Part shown: one piece after another, positions 28,050-36,685 of the stretch
How the letters are laid out: each line of letters opens with the position of its first letter
Position numbering within the stretch: the stretch's first letter is position 1
From: an uncultured Clostridia bacterium
Lineage (GTDB): Bacteria; Bacillota; Clostridia; Christensenellales; UBA1242
Assembly (NCBI GenBank): GCA_937895935.1
Contig: CALBKX010000015.1
Location: 31,079 to 95,078, forward strand
Direction: 5' to 3'
Length of the DNA stretch: 64,000 nucleotides
Made by a program: the position numbers and the translations under genes
Notes under the pieces: generated by a model
Seen by the model: the letters and a program-made list of their open reading frames with translations, nothing else
What the model was told of the DNA's origin: nothing
Database searches by the model: none

Positions 28050-28460
28050 TTATCCTTCAATTTTTTCAATAGGTATATTTTCTAATTCTTTCCAAAGTTC
28101 TTTAATATAGGAATTGCCGCCAAGAGCAATGTAAGCTTCATAAAGACCAATTAAATCTTTTTTTGTATTTAAAGAAATTGCTTGTTTAGAACTACATTCA
28201 TAATAAAGTTCAGTTATTTCGTGCCGCAAACAGGCAAGTGTTCCTTCTTTATTTGAATCAATTTTCTCATTTATAGATTCTAAAAGTTCCTTAATTTCTT
28301 TATTCTCTTCTTTCTGAGCTTCAGCGGCAATACTTTTAATCATTTCTTTTGGTTTTTTTAATACAAAAGTAATAAAACCAGCAATTGTCATAATAGCACC
28401 GCAAACACCACTAATAGATAATAAAATTGCTACAAAACTTGTCATTTTAACACCTCCCAT
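28050..28460 (-). CDS. Hypothetical membrane-anchored coiled-coil protein
   Basis: N-terminal TM segment FVAILLSISGVCGAIMTIAGFITFVL. Confidence 0.4.
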   Translation of the reverse strand: MGGVKMTSFVAILLSISGVCGAIMTIAGFITFVLKKPKEMIKSIAAEAQKEENKEIKELLESINEKIDSNKEGTLACLRHEITELYYECSSKQAISLNTKKDLIGLYEAYIALGGNSYIKELWKELENIPIEKIEG

Positions 28461-28851
28461 TTCTTAGATAATCTAAATGATATTTAGACTTAACTCTATA
28501 CTCTGGAGTATTAAAAATTTTTTCAAAAGTAAGAGTATCTAAATCCCAATAAGGTATTCTGATAAGAGGTATATTATTAATCAAAGCAAATTTATTTTTT
28601 ACTCTATCTCTTTCTTGTGCTCTAAGAAAACCGCTATAATTTTTATGAAAGTATTTAATATATTCATAGTGTTGCCGCCCATCCACTTCTATGAGCATAA
28701 ATACCTTATTATTTTTAAAAATAGCGACATCATACCTTAGTTGAACATGCTTTTTCCCCACCAGTCCCTCAAACATAACTTCTGTTCTAAAAGGAATACC
28801 ATTTCTCTTTAAAAGATTAGCTACTTTTTGTTCTCCTTTAGAAGTCTTCAT
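28447..28851 (-). CDS. DUF559/Vsr-like PD-(D/E)xK endonuclease-fold protein
   Basis: E..VANLLKRNGIPF...RYDVAIF...MLIEVDGRQH pattern, typical of Vsr-fold endonuclease-like proteins. Confidence 0.45.
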   Translation of the reverse strand: MKTSKGEQKVANLLKRNGIPFRTEVMFEGLVGKKHVQLRYDVAIFKNNKVFMLIEVDGRQHYEYIKYFHKNYSGFLRAQERDRVKNKFALINNIPLIRIPYWDLDTLTFEKIFNTPEYRVKSKYHLDYLRNGRC

Positions 28852-29671
28852 TTAACTCACATCGAGTTTTATTTCTTTGACAATCACAAGGTTTTTCAGG
28901 AATATATACTGGATAAGGCATTGGCATGAAAGCTACTCTTCCGTTTTCTGGATGATAACAAGGAACTTTATTCGGTTCGATATGATAAGTAGCTAAATGA
29001 TATAGAGTGCCGCATTTATCAATAGGAATACCATCTGGATATTTCGTAATAATCCTTCTCATTCCTTCCTCATAAGTTAAGCCTTTTTCCCATTCATAAA
29101 AATCACAGTTAAGGGCGGCACTAAAAGCAGATACATTAATAACATCTTTATCTTTACTACAAGGACACTCTTCACTTTCGATGTCTTCTTTTAGAGTTAA
29201 TAATCCTAATTGTAAATCATCTAAACTTTCTTTTTCAATAGTAAAATCAACACCATAATAAATTTCCTTGCCCACTGGAATATCAAATTCTTTTGTTTCT
29301 GAATTATAAGTGGCTTTATATAAAACAAAATAGCAATCAAATTTATAAATGAAATTTACTACTGTTTCACTTTCGTATTTTGCTCCAAAGAATTCACCCT
29401 TTTTATCTTTGTTGGCAGTAATTTCTTTTGGGAAATAGGAATCCGGATTTTCTACTACTGTTCCAACAAATCCTTCAATTCTAACCAGTTCTAATGGGTC
29501 TGCCGGATAGCCTAATACATTTTGGATAAGAGTTGCTGTTTTAAGGTAATCTGACAAAATTTTACAGATTCCAAAGTGCTTGCACGTAAAACATCTTATC
29601 TGAATTTCACTGTTCTTTGGTGGTGGCGGCACGCAAGGTAATGGAGTTAAAAAAATTTCATTTTTATACAC
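28838..29671 (-). CDS. Hypothetical Cys-rich protein (277 aa)
   Basis: ORF with a CVPPPP...CFTCKHFGIC N-terminus. Confidence 0.4.
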   Translation of the reverse strand: MYKNEIFLTPLPCVPPPPKNSEIQIRCFTCKHFGICKILSDYLKTATLIQNVLGYPADPLELVRIEGFVGTVVENPDSYFPKEITANKDKKGEFFGAKYESETVVNFIYKFDCYFVLYKATYNSETKEFDIPVGKEIYYGVDFTIEKESLDDLQLGLLTLKEDIESEECPCSKDKDVINVSAFSAALNCDFYEWEKGLTYEEGMRRIITKYPDGIPIDKCGTLYHLATYHIEPNKVPCYHPENGRVAFMPMPYPVYIPEKPCDCQRNKTRCELNEDF

Positions 29672-29689
29672 AATAATTTCACCTCTTTA

Positions 29690-29730
29690 TAAAAAAAAAT
29701 AAGAGAGAACACAAATAGTATTCTCTCCTT
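29690..29730 (-). terminator. Rho-independent terminator after the DNA ligase gene
   Basis: Hairpin aaggagagaa/ttctctctt followed by a U9 run on the minus strand. Confidence 0.7.
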
Positions 29731-29756
29731 AAAGGTAAAAATTATTATATTAAATT

Positions 29757-30869
29757 TTATAAAAGTTGTTCATAAAGACAATCAGACGCTAGTTTATCTG
29801 GTCTCCAGCATTCAATAGACCCATGTCTAAAAGTCTTGTGTCCATCATTATTCACATCTTGAAGCTCCATAGCCGTAATTTGTGCAACTTTTCCTTTATA
29901 TTTCTCTGGATTAGCAACAATATCTTTTCTTAAAGAATCTTCAATGCCACTAATATATCCAACACTAACTTCTTTACCATCTTTTAGAACAGCAAATTCT
30001 ACTGCTCCTGCCCAACCTAAAGCATAGTATTGTGTAATGGGGATTAATGGGACACCATCCAAATATAAATCATATTGATTCTCGGTATAAATTTGTTCTG
30101 TCTTTACGTTTTTCCAATAATTCCAGTTCTGAATATTCTTCCCTGTATATTCCATTTTTGGTTCTCTATATTTTCCTGTTAAAAACGCATCAATAGAATC
30201 TTCCAACTCTTTTTTCAACTTTAAAGTTTCCCACGCTGGTCTTTTTCCGGGGGTATAATGAGAGGTTTTCTTTGTAATAACAATGCCCTCGCCGCCAATA
30301 GCAAGAATTTTGTTATATTCATCCCATAATTCTTGTCCTTCAAGATATTTAGCAATGGAAATATAAGGACTATTTATATCAATTCTATTTAAATAATTAA
30401 CTCTATCTTCAAAACAAGTTTTTAATAATGAATCGCCGTCCCAAGCTAAAACATCAAAACAATAAAAGCAGAGTTTATTTTCTTCCATCTTTTGTCGTTC
30501 AAGACTTTTTTCTTTCAAACAGTTAAGAATAGAAGTGGTATTCCTGCTACCCTCTTTCTTTGGTAAATAAATTTCTCCTAATAATACTGTTCCGGCAGGA
30601 ATATTTAATCCTCCAATGATTTGTGGAATCCATTCAACTTTATCTAAATAAATTCCATCTACTGTTCTTTGGCGGCTACGTAAATGATATGAACCATCAT
30701 TATCTCTAAGAATCATAGACCAAACTCCATCCATTTTTCTAGAACCAAGATAAGAACCGCTTAAACATAAATATTTTGCCTTTTCTTTTTTTTCTGCTTT
30801 TGTATACTTTTTAGGAAAAGAAAAATATTTAGCAGCATCCATTTCCCAAAAGTCATAATTATCTATCAT
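29757..30869 (-). CDS. ATP-dependent DNA ligase
   Basis: Motif I RKMDG (KxDG), LLGEIY, FYCFDVL, EGIVIT (motif IV), LKLKKE (motif V). Confidence 0.75.
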   Translation of the reverse strand: MIDNYDFWEMDAAKYFSFPKKYTKAEKKEKAKYLCLSGSYLGSRKMDGVWSMILRDNDGSYHLRSRQRTVDGIYLDKVEWIPQIIGGLNIPAGTVLLGEIYLPKKEGSRNTTSILNCLKEKSLERQKMEENKLCFYCFDVLAWDGDSLLKTCFEDRVNYLNRIDINSPYISIAKYLEGQELWDEYNKILAIGGEGIVITKKTSHYTPGKRPAWETLKLKKELEDSIDAFLTGKYREPKMEYTGKNIQNWNYWKNVKTEQIYTENQYDLYLDGVPLIPITQYYALGWAGAVEFAVLKDGKEVSVGYISGIEDSLRKDIVANPEKYKGKVAQITAMELQDVNNDGHKTFRHGSIECWRPDKLASDCLYEQLL

Positions 30870-31137
30870 TGATATTCTCCTTTAAGATGTAATATTCTCT
30901 GTTTTTTTCTCCAATACAGCAGTCTTTTGAAATACCTTTTGGTTCGTATTCAAAAGTCCAAGCAATTGTTTCCATTTCACCCGTATTAAAATACTTATCT
31001 TTATCAATATAAAAAATCTTTTTCAATCTTCCAGTATTATAAGGGTCATAAGGAACTGTTTCTAATCTATAAATTCTTCTTTTTTTTGATTCGGTATTAA
31101 TAAAATTTAAAAATTCTTCTTTATTTACTGTTGTCAT
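30859..31137 (-). CDS. Hypothetical protein (92 aa)
   Basis: ORF only. Confidence 0.35.
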   Translation of the reverse strand: MTTVNKEEFLNFINTESKKRRIYRLETVPYDPYNTGRLKKIFYIDKDKYFNTGEMETIAWTFEYEPKGISKDCCIGEKNREYYILKENINDR

Positions 31138-31145
31138 GATACTCC

Positions 31146-31700
31146 TTATCTATTAATTTGATTAATTTCGCTATAAATTTCTCTCCAATCTTTACATCTA
31201 ATTCCTCTAAATTCAGCGTTCCAAGGATAAGCAAAACAAATAGAATGCTTAGCCCCTCCAAAGTTTTTTACACAATCATCAATAAGAATATCAACTTTCA
31301 TTAAGGTCTTGTCGGGGCAACAGAAGAAACACTTACGAATTTCAAGATATGGAAATAGTTTTTCTAACCATTTTGCTTTTTTGTAGAAATTATAAGGCTC
31401 TGTTTTGGTGATAAATAAAATTCGATGTCCTTCGTTGAATAATTTTAAAATATATTTTTGACAATCTGGCACAACTTTAATTCGCCGCCATACTTCTTTA
31501 TTTAAAAAAATTTTATAAAATCCCTCTTTGTATTGCGGCTTAACAAAGTTTTCAATATTATATTTTGTAATATCAGATACTTTAAGATTATCATCTGCTT
31601 CTTCATTATAAACAGATAATACAGCTTCACAAAGGTTATTTAATACGTTGTCAATATCAATTCCAATAGTCATTAAATTCTCCTTTACTGTCTTTCCCAA
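31146..31700 (-). CDS. 5'(3')-deoxyribonucleotidase (HAD/NT5C family)
   Basis: IGIDIDNVLNNL DxDxV HAD motif I. Size typical of NT5C. Confidence 0.55.
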   Translation of the reverse strand: MGKTVKENLMTIGIDIDNVLNNLCEAVLSVYNEEADDNLKVSDITKYNIENFVKPQYKEGFYKIFLNKEVWRRIKVVPDCQKYILKLFNEGHRILFITKTEPYNFYKKAKWLEKLFPYLEIRKCFFCCPDKTLMKVDILIDDCVKNFGGAKHSICFAYPWNAEFRGIRCKDWREIYSEINQINR

Positions 31701-32056
31701 AAATCATCATAAAAATTATTATATTGCTCTTCTCCTAGAAAATCAACAAGTTCCTTTGTCTTAATTGCTGACGCTTCTCTTGCCGCCCAATCACTAATTT
31801 CAGACATGAGTTCTTCAATTACAATATATGGGTGAGCACCTTTGGCATAAGTATTCCATAACTTGTTTTCAGAATCATAAAAATTAAAAGCTTCGTAATT
31901 ATTTTTAATTTTATTATATTCTTTTTCGTTTTTATCCTTTTGAGCTAAAACAACAGAAATTAATTCCATAGTCTTAGAATTATAAATTGCTTGTCCAATC
32001 CAAGCATCTGGATAATTCTCCTCATCATAATTTTCAATTGTATAACGCATATCCAT
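31685..32056 (-). CDS. Hypothetical protein (123 aa)
   Basis: ORF only. Confidence 0.35.
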   Translation of the reverse strand: MDMRYTIENYDEENYPDAWIGQAIYNSKTMELISVVLAQKDKNEKEYNKIKNNYEAFNFYDSENKLWNTYAKGAHPYIVIEELMSEISDWAAREASAIKTKELVDFLGEEQYNNFYDDFWERQ

Positions 32057-32125
32057 TTCTTTAATTACTCCTTTCGTTGGTTAAATGGCGGTTTAACCTT
32101 ATGTTAATATAATAACATTATTCGT

Positions 32126-32689
32126 TTATGAAATCAACTTTTCTTCAACACAAAAATTATATGCTAATTCTTTAAGATGTTCTAAGTCGCTGTCGTTATT
32201 AATAATAATATTATATTTAAAATTATCTACATTAAGGTCGGCGGCATTATTTTTACAATAGTCATTGTCTGGTCTTTTTACAAGAATGGATTTTGAATTA
32301 GGAATAGTATTTAATAATTTTTTAATTTCTTCTGGTTCTCTACAGTGAATAAATAAAGCTTTTGTTTCCATTTCTAAATCTTGTTTATAAATATTTATAA
32401 CATAATTATATGATAAATCACAATAGTTAGTTAATAGTTCTTTTAGTTCACACATTACTTTTCTATCTTTATCTTCTTTTTGTCCATTCCAATTACAATA
32501 AGTTCTCATAATATCTTTAATTGGGTCAATAGTCGAAATATTATCTATATTAATTGCCGGAACAATTCTTTTCATAGAATTAAGTCTATATTCTTCTTTT
32601 GGATATTTATTATTATACATATCTTTAATTAAGTCAACAAAAGTATCTTTACCTGCTCTACTATGTCCATTAATTATATATACTTTCAT
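32126..32689 (-). CDS. Deoxynucleoside monophosphate kinase-like P-loop protein
   Basis: MKVYIINGHSRAGKDTFVDLI resembles the T4 gp1 N-terminus (LSGVKRSGKDT). Confidence 0.5.
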   Translation of the reverse strand: MKVYIINGHSRAGKDTFVDLIKDMYNNKYPKEEYRLNSMKRIVPAINIDNISTIDPIKDIMRTYCNWNGQKEDKDRKVMCELKELLTNYCDLSYNYVINIYKQDLEMETKALFIHCREPEEIKKLLNTIPNSKSILVKRPDNDYCKNNAADLNVDNFKYNIIINNDSDLEHLKELAYNFCVEEKLIS

Positions 32690-33645
32690 TTTTTATCCTC
32701 CCAATTACCCATTTTTCTTATAAATATTAGTTTTATTTCTTTGTAAGAATTAATAATATTATCTATTTCACTTCCTTCTATAATATTATTATTATATTTT
32801 TTATTAGGACTATTATCAACTTTTTTAAAATAATTTCCATTATATCTTTCTTCTATATTAAAACTATTATTATTAATATAATAAATTATATTATCTGTAT
32901 CATAAATAGAATCTATAATTTTATTATTTTTATTTATATTTTCTTCAGAATTATTATTATAAAATTTAATTAAATAAACCCCCTTACCCCCTTTAATTAA
33001 ATCATATATCATTTGTTGCTTTAAGTCAACATTTTTAAAATTACAATTTTGATTATCACATAAAAGTTGATATTCAGAATTAAGTATATTATTATTAATA
33101 TCTAATAAATTTTTATTTTTAATATTATAAAAATTAGCAATAATATTAAATTGTTTAGGAGTTAAATCATAAAAAGGACTTATTCCATTTTGATTAAATT
33201 TAATATTATTAAAAAATACTTTATATAGAGGATTATTTGTATTAAGAATAAGTTTATTATTAATTTTATTAATATTAATAATTTTTTTATAACTATTTTT
33301 ATATAAATATTCCTTAATTTTATTAGTTTTACCAATTATATATATATTAAATTTTCTTAAAGATAATAAGTTATTTAATAATCTATATAATATAACTGTA
33401 TATATATCATTTTTAGATTCTATAATAATATTTTTATAATTATTTTTATTAATTAATACATATATATTATTAATAATATTATTTAATTTATTATCTGTTT
33501 GAGAAATATAATTATCTATAATTTGATAATCTAAATTTAAATAATTTCTATATAATTTATTGTGAGTATTAATAATCTCATCATCACCTCTAATATTAAT
33601 ATAACATATTTTGATAACTGAGTCAAATATTTTGCTGTTAGAAAA
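32686..33645 (-). CDS. Asn/Ile/Lys/Tyr-rich hypothetical protein (up to 319 aa) with no canonical start in its first ~211 codons
   Basis: Checked triplet by triplet. No in-frame stop from 33645 down to 32689, despite very AT-rich DNA (not computed). No in-frame ATG/GTG/TTG until 33012. Confidence 0.5.
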   Translation of the reverse strand, partial: FSNSKIFDSVIKICYINIRGDDEIINTHNKLYRNYLNLDYQIIDNYISQTDNKLNNIINNIYVLINKNNYKNIIIESKNDIYTVILYRLLNNLLSLRKFNIYIIGKTNKIKEYLYKNSYKKIININKINNKLILNTNNPLYKVFFNNIKFNQNGISPFYDLTPKQFNIIANFYNIKNKNLLDINNNILNSEYQLLCDNQNCNFKNVDLKQQMIYDLIKGGKGVYLIKFYNNNSEENINKNNKIIDSIYDTDNIIYYINNNSFNIEERYNGNYFKKVDNSPNKKYNNNIIEGSEIDNIINSYKEIKLIFIRKMGNWEDKK

Positions 33646-33663
33646 TTATATAGAAAGAAAAGT

Positions 33664-33692
33664 TTGATTTCATAGATAAATTGATATATAAT
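33664..33692 (+). promoter_or_regulatory. Sigma-A type promoter opening the right arm (TTGATT-17-TATAAT)
   Basis: ttgatttcatagataaattgatatataat, followed by RBS AAGGGAGG. Confidence 0.6.
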
Positions 33693-33709
33693 ATAGTATA
33701 TAAGGGAGG

Positions 33710-33973
33710 ATGGATATGTATAATATTAAATATTTAATTAATAAAGATTTAGTTAATAGAGAAGCTATCAATCTAATTTTTAAATTAAATAATTTAAAAA
33801 CAAATTTATATATCTTAAATAATAAAAAAAGATTAATTAATGGAAAGTCTTTAATTGGATTACTACAAGCTAATATTCGTGGCGGCGATATTATTACAGT
33901 AAGTATTGAAGATTCAACAGAAACTTATAATATTAAAAATATTTTTAATAATATAGGGAGGGAACTAAAGTAA
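33710..33973 (+). CDS. HPr/Crh-like phosphocarrier-fold protein lacking the His15 equivalent
   Basis: ...LINGKSLIGLLQANIRGGDIITVSIEDS aligns with HPr ...[26 protein letters not shown]. The Ser46 context is retained. The GIHARPA region is replaced by LVNREAI. Confidence 0.55.
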   Translation: MDMYNIKYLINKDLVNREAINLIFKLNNLKTNLYILNNKKRLINGKSLIGLLQANIRGGDIITVSIEDSTETYNIKNIFNNIGRELK

Positions 33974-33974
33974 A

Positions 33975-34265
33975 ATGATTCCAAATTATAGAACTTTTAC
34001 ATTGACAGCAACAGCTGAAGATGATATAGTTAAATTAATTTATGAAGAATTAAAAAAAGAAGGATATAAGAATCCTGATTTTAAATTAAGATTTATTGGT
34101 TTTGAAGCGGCGGCAGGCACACAGATTATCATTAATGGCAATCCAAATAAAGTTCCATCTACCAAGTATTTTATTACTCCTTATACTGGTGATGAATATA
34201 TGCTAATTAAAACAGTGAAAATGCCGGCGGGTTGTGCTGCTTTGGATTTCCATGTTATTTATTAA
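33975..34265 (+). CDS. Hypothetical protein (96 aa)
   Basis: ORF directly upstream of the tail-fibre-like gene. Confidence 0.4.
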   Translation: MIPNYRTFTLTATAEDDIVKLIYEELKKEGYKNPDFKLRFIGFEAAAGTQIIINGNPNKVPSTKYFITPYTGDEYMLIKTVKMPAGCAALDFHVIY

Positions 34266-34277
34266 GAGGTGATATGA

Positions 34278-35774
34278 TTGAGTTTTAATCCTTTTTTAAA
34301 TAACAATTCTGGCGGCAGTGGGTCGTCAGGAGAAGCTGGAAAAGATGGTAGAGGTATTATTTCCATTGCCTTTTCTTCAAGTAATAAAGGTGATATTCCT
34401 AATCTTTCTGGAGCAATAGATACATATGAAATTTTATATACAGATAATACTGAATCAATTATCAATGTTTACAACGGTCTTGATGGGAAAAATGGTATTG
34501 ACGGAACAAACGGTAAAGAAGTTGAACTGAAAGTATCTGATGAAGCCATTCAATGGAAATATAGCGGTGATACAACTTGGGTAAATTTAGTATTACTATC
34601 AGACATCAAAGGAACTGATGGGCAATCTGTTTCTTTAAGAACAAATAACAATTATATTCAGTGGAAAAAAGATAATGAAACTGAATGGACTAATTTGATT
34701 TCGCTATCGGAACTCAAGGGTGCAGATGGTTTTTCTCCAACAGTAGAAATTACAGCTATTGATGGCGGCAATAAATTAGATATTACAGATGCTACTGGAA
34801 CAAAAAGTCTACAAATCCTCAATGGTACAGATGGTAAAGAAATTGAAATTGGTAAAGATGATATAAATTTAAAATGGTGTTATGTTGGTGATAGTAGCTG
34901 GAAAGTTTTAATGCCATTGAGTAGTCTAAAAGGAACAGATGGAACTAACGGAACTGATGGTATTTCTATTACTTCTATTTCTTTTACATCTTCTGATAAA
35001 GGCGATGTTGCTGGATTAGCGGGAGCTACCGATACTTATACAATTACTCTATCGAATAACACAACATCAACTTTTTTAGTTTATAATGGCAAAGATGGTT
35101 CAGGCGGCAGTTCAAGTGGTTTTAGTGGCGATTATAATGACTTAATTAATAAACCTACTATTCCAACAGTTTCAAATGATTTGACAGACGAATTAAAAGA
35201 GCATTATGATTTAGCTTATAGTCAAACTCACACACATAATAATAAAGTAATTTTAGACGCATTATCAGAAGATAGTAATCAAGAGCTTGTATATAATTCT
35301 GAAAATGTTTATAGAACTAAAATTTTAACAAAAACCGAATATGATAGTGAAAAAACAGCAGGAACTTTAAAAGATAATTGGATTTATGTAGTATCGGATG
35401 AAGTCGATACACCACAGCTAGAAGATAGTGGTTGGAATACTTTAGCCGTTTCAGCCGATGGAGTGGGGTATTCAGAATCGAAGATTAAATACAGAAAGAT
35501 AGGTAAAGTAGTTTATATTGAGGGATACTTAAACGTAAAAGAAAATCAAAATAATACTCCAAAAGTTTCTTTGATTGGAATTTTACCAACGGGATTCCGA
35601 CCAACTAAAGCTGTTTTCGGAATCAATACCTCACCATTGACTGATGGAAATAATGCTTTACACAGTTCTTTTATAAAAATTAAGTCTTCAGGAGAAATGT
35701 TATTAGTGAATACTGGTGAAAGTCTAACAACAGATTTACATTATTTTCTTAATGTTTCTTATTTAATTGATTAA
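34278..35774 (+). CDS. Tail fibre / receptor-binding-like protein with collagen-like Gly-rich segments and internal repeats
   Basis: GGSGSSGEAGKDGRG. Three ~35-aa repeats (IQWKYSGDTTWVNLVLLSDIKGTDG and similar). Duplicated ~45-aa module (SIAFSSSNKGD.../SISFTSSDKGD...). Confidence 0.55.
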   Translation: MSFNPFLNNNSGGSGSSGEAGKDGRGIISIAFSSSNKGDIPNLSGAIDTYEILYTDNTESIINVYNGLDGKNGIDGTNGKEVELKVSDEAIQWKYSGDTTWVNLVLLSDIKGTDGQSVSLRTNNNYIQWKKDNETEWTNLISLSELKGADGFSPTVEITAIDGGNKLDITDATGTKSLQILNGTDGKEIEIGKDDINLKWCYVGDSSWKVLMPLSSLKGTDGTNGTDGISITSISFTSSDKGDVAGLAGATDTYTITLSNNTTSTFLVYNGKDGSGGSSSGFSGDYNDLINKPTIPTVSNDLTDELKEHYDLAYSQTHTHNNKVILDALSEDSNQELVYNSENVYRTKILTKTEYDSEKTAGTLKDNWIYVVSDEVDTPQLEDSGWNTLAVSADGVGYSESKIKYRKIGKVVYIEGYLNVKENQNNTPKVSLIGILPTGFRPTKAVFGINTSPLTDGNNALHSSFIKIKSSGEMLLVNTGESLTTDLHYFLNVSYLID

Positions 35775-35788
35775 GAGGAGGGGTAATA

Positions 35789-36682
35789 TTGTCAATTTAC
35801 AAAGGCACAGAGAAAGTATCAACGATTAATATTATTTCTTCTATTGATACAGATGAAGGAACAGCAACCTCTGCCGATATTTTAGAAGGAAAAATCGCTT
35901 TTTCTAAGAAGAACAAATTAGTTGGAACAATTCCAAGCATTGGGGCTAAAACCTATGTACCAACGATAGTAGACCAAAATATTTTAAATGGAAGTTATTT
36001 ATCAGGAAATCAGGTATTAAAAGGTGATTCTAATTTAGTTGCGACCAATATTAAAAAAGGAGTAGAAATTTTTGGTGTTGTTGGGACTCTTGAATCTGAT
36101 GGCAGCACAACAATTCATAAATCTACTATTTTGGATACAACGACCTCCACTTCTAAACAAGATACAGTAGATAACTGGAGTTCTAAAATTTTAATTAAAG
36201 ATGGAGATTTAGACTGGATGAACTTGTCTGATATGGTAGCCCATTGGGGCGGCGTAAGTGCTGCTAATAATTTTATTGGTGATGCTTCACAAAAATATGG
36301 AATTTTTATGACCAACTGGACTGAAAGTAGTGGTAATACAAGTATTTTATTTACAACTCCAATTAATTTGGTTGCTGGAGAATTGTTAATAATTTTTAAT
36401 TGTAATATTAGCAGTTGGATGAATCAAACGATGAATATTAATTTTATGACGGCTTCTGGAGACACAGAAGAAGAAATACTCACATCTCTTAAGGATAAGA
36501 TTGCCGCAGAAAATTATGATAAAACTATTACAACCACTTACGCTGGTAGCTCAAGTCTAAAAGATACAACAATAGTGTCCAGTATGGAAACTGCGGGAAA
36601 TTATTATATGTATATTACTGGTTTTAAAAAAGCTGATAACAGTGCTTTTAATTTAATTACCATTAAGACTATTAATTTTTAA
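35789..36682 (+). CDS. Tail fibre-like protein
   Basis: The N-terminal pattern DTDEGTATSADILEGKIAFSKKNKLVGT...NIKKGVEIFGVVGT is common in Firmicute phage fibre proteins. Confidence 0.45.
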   Translation: MSIYKGTEKVSTINIISSIDTDEGTATSADILEGKIAFSKKNKLVGTIPSIGAKTYVPTIVDQNILNGSYLSGNQVLKGDSNLVATNIKKGVEIFGVVGTLESDGSTTIHKSTILDTTTSTSKQDTVDNWSSKILIKDGDLDWMNLSDMVAHWGGVSAANNFIGDASQKYGIFMTNWTESSGNTSILFTTPINLVAGELLIIFNCNISSWMNQTMNINFMTASGDTEEEILTSLKDKIAAENYDKTITTTYAGSSSLKDTTIVSSMETAGNYYMYITGFKKADNSAFNLITIKTINF

Positions 36683-36685
36683 GAG

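Noticed and set aside
32057-32125. Hairpin ggttaaa/tttaacc (about 32080-32101) as a terminator after the dNMP kinase gene
   Set aside because: No U-run follows it on the minus strand. It is more likely a 5' UTR structure or part of a weak promoter region for ORF 31685-32056.
32700-33650. Very AT-rich kilobase as a non-coding origin, iteron array or CRISPR-like repeat array
   Set aside because: No regular direct repeats with spacers were seen. A single 320-codon frame stays open across the whole region, which favours coding. An origin function for the adjacent 33646-33710 hub is kept as a separate low-confidence idea.
34262-34465. Minus-strand ORF overlapping the start of the tail-fibre gene, and similar ORFs at 36115-36315 and 38163-38387
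   Set aside because: They are antisense shadow ORFs within plus-strand genes, without RBS.
34278-35774. Repeats in the tail-fibre gene as a diversity-generating retroelement target
   Set aside because: There is no reverse transcriptase gene and no template-repeat/variable-repeat pair with adenine-specific differences in the window. The repeats are in-frame protein module duplications.
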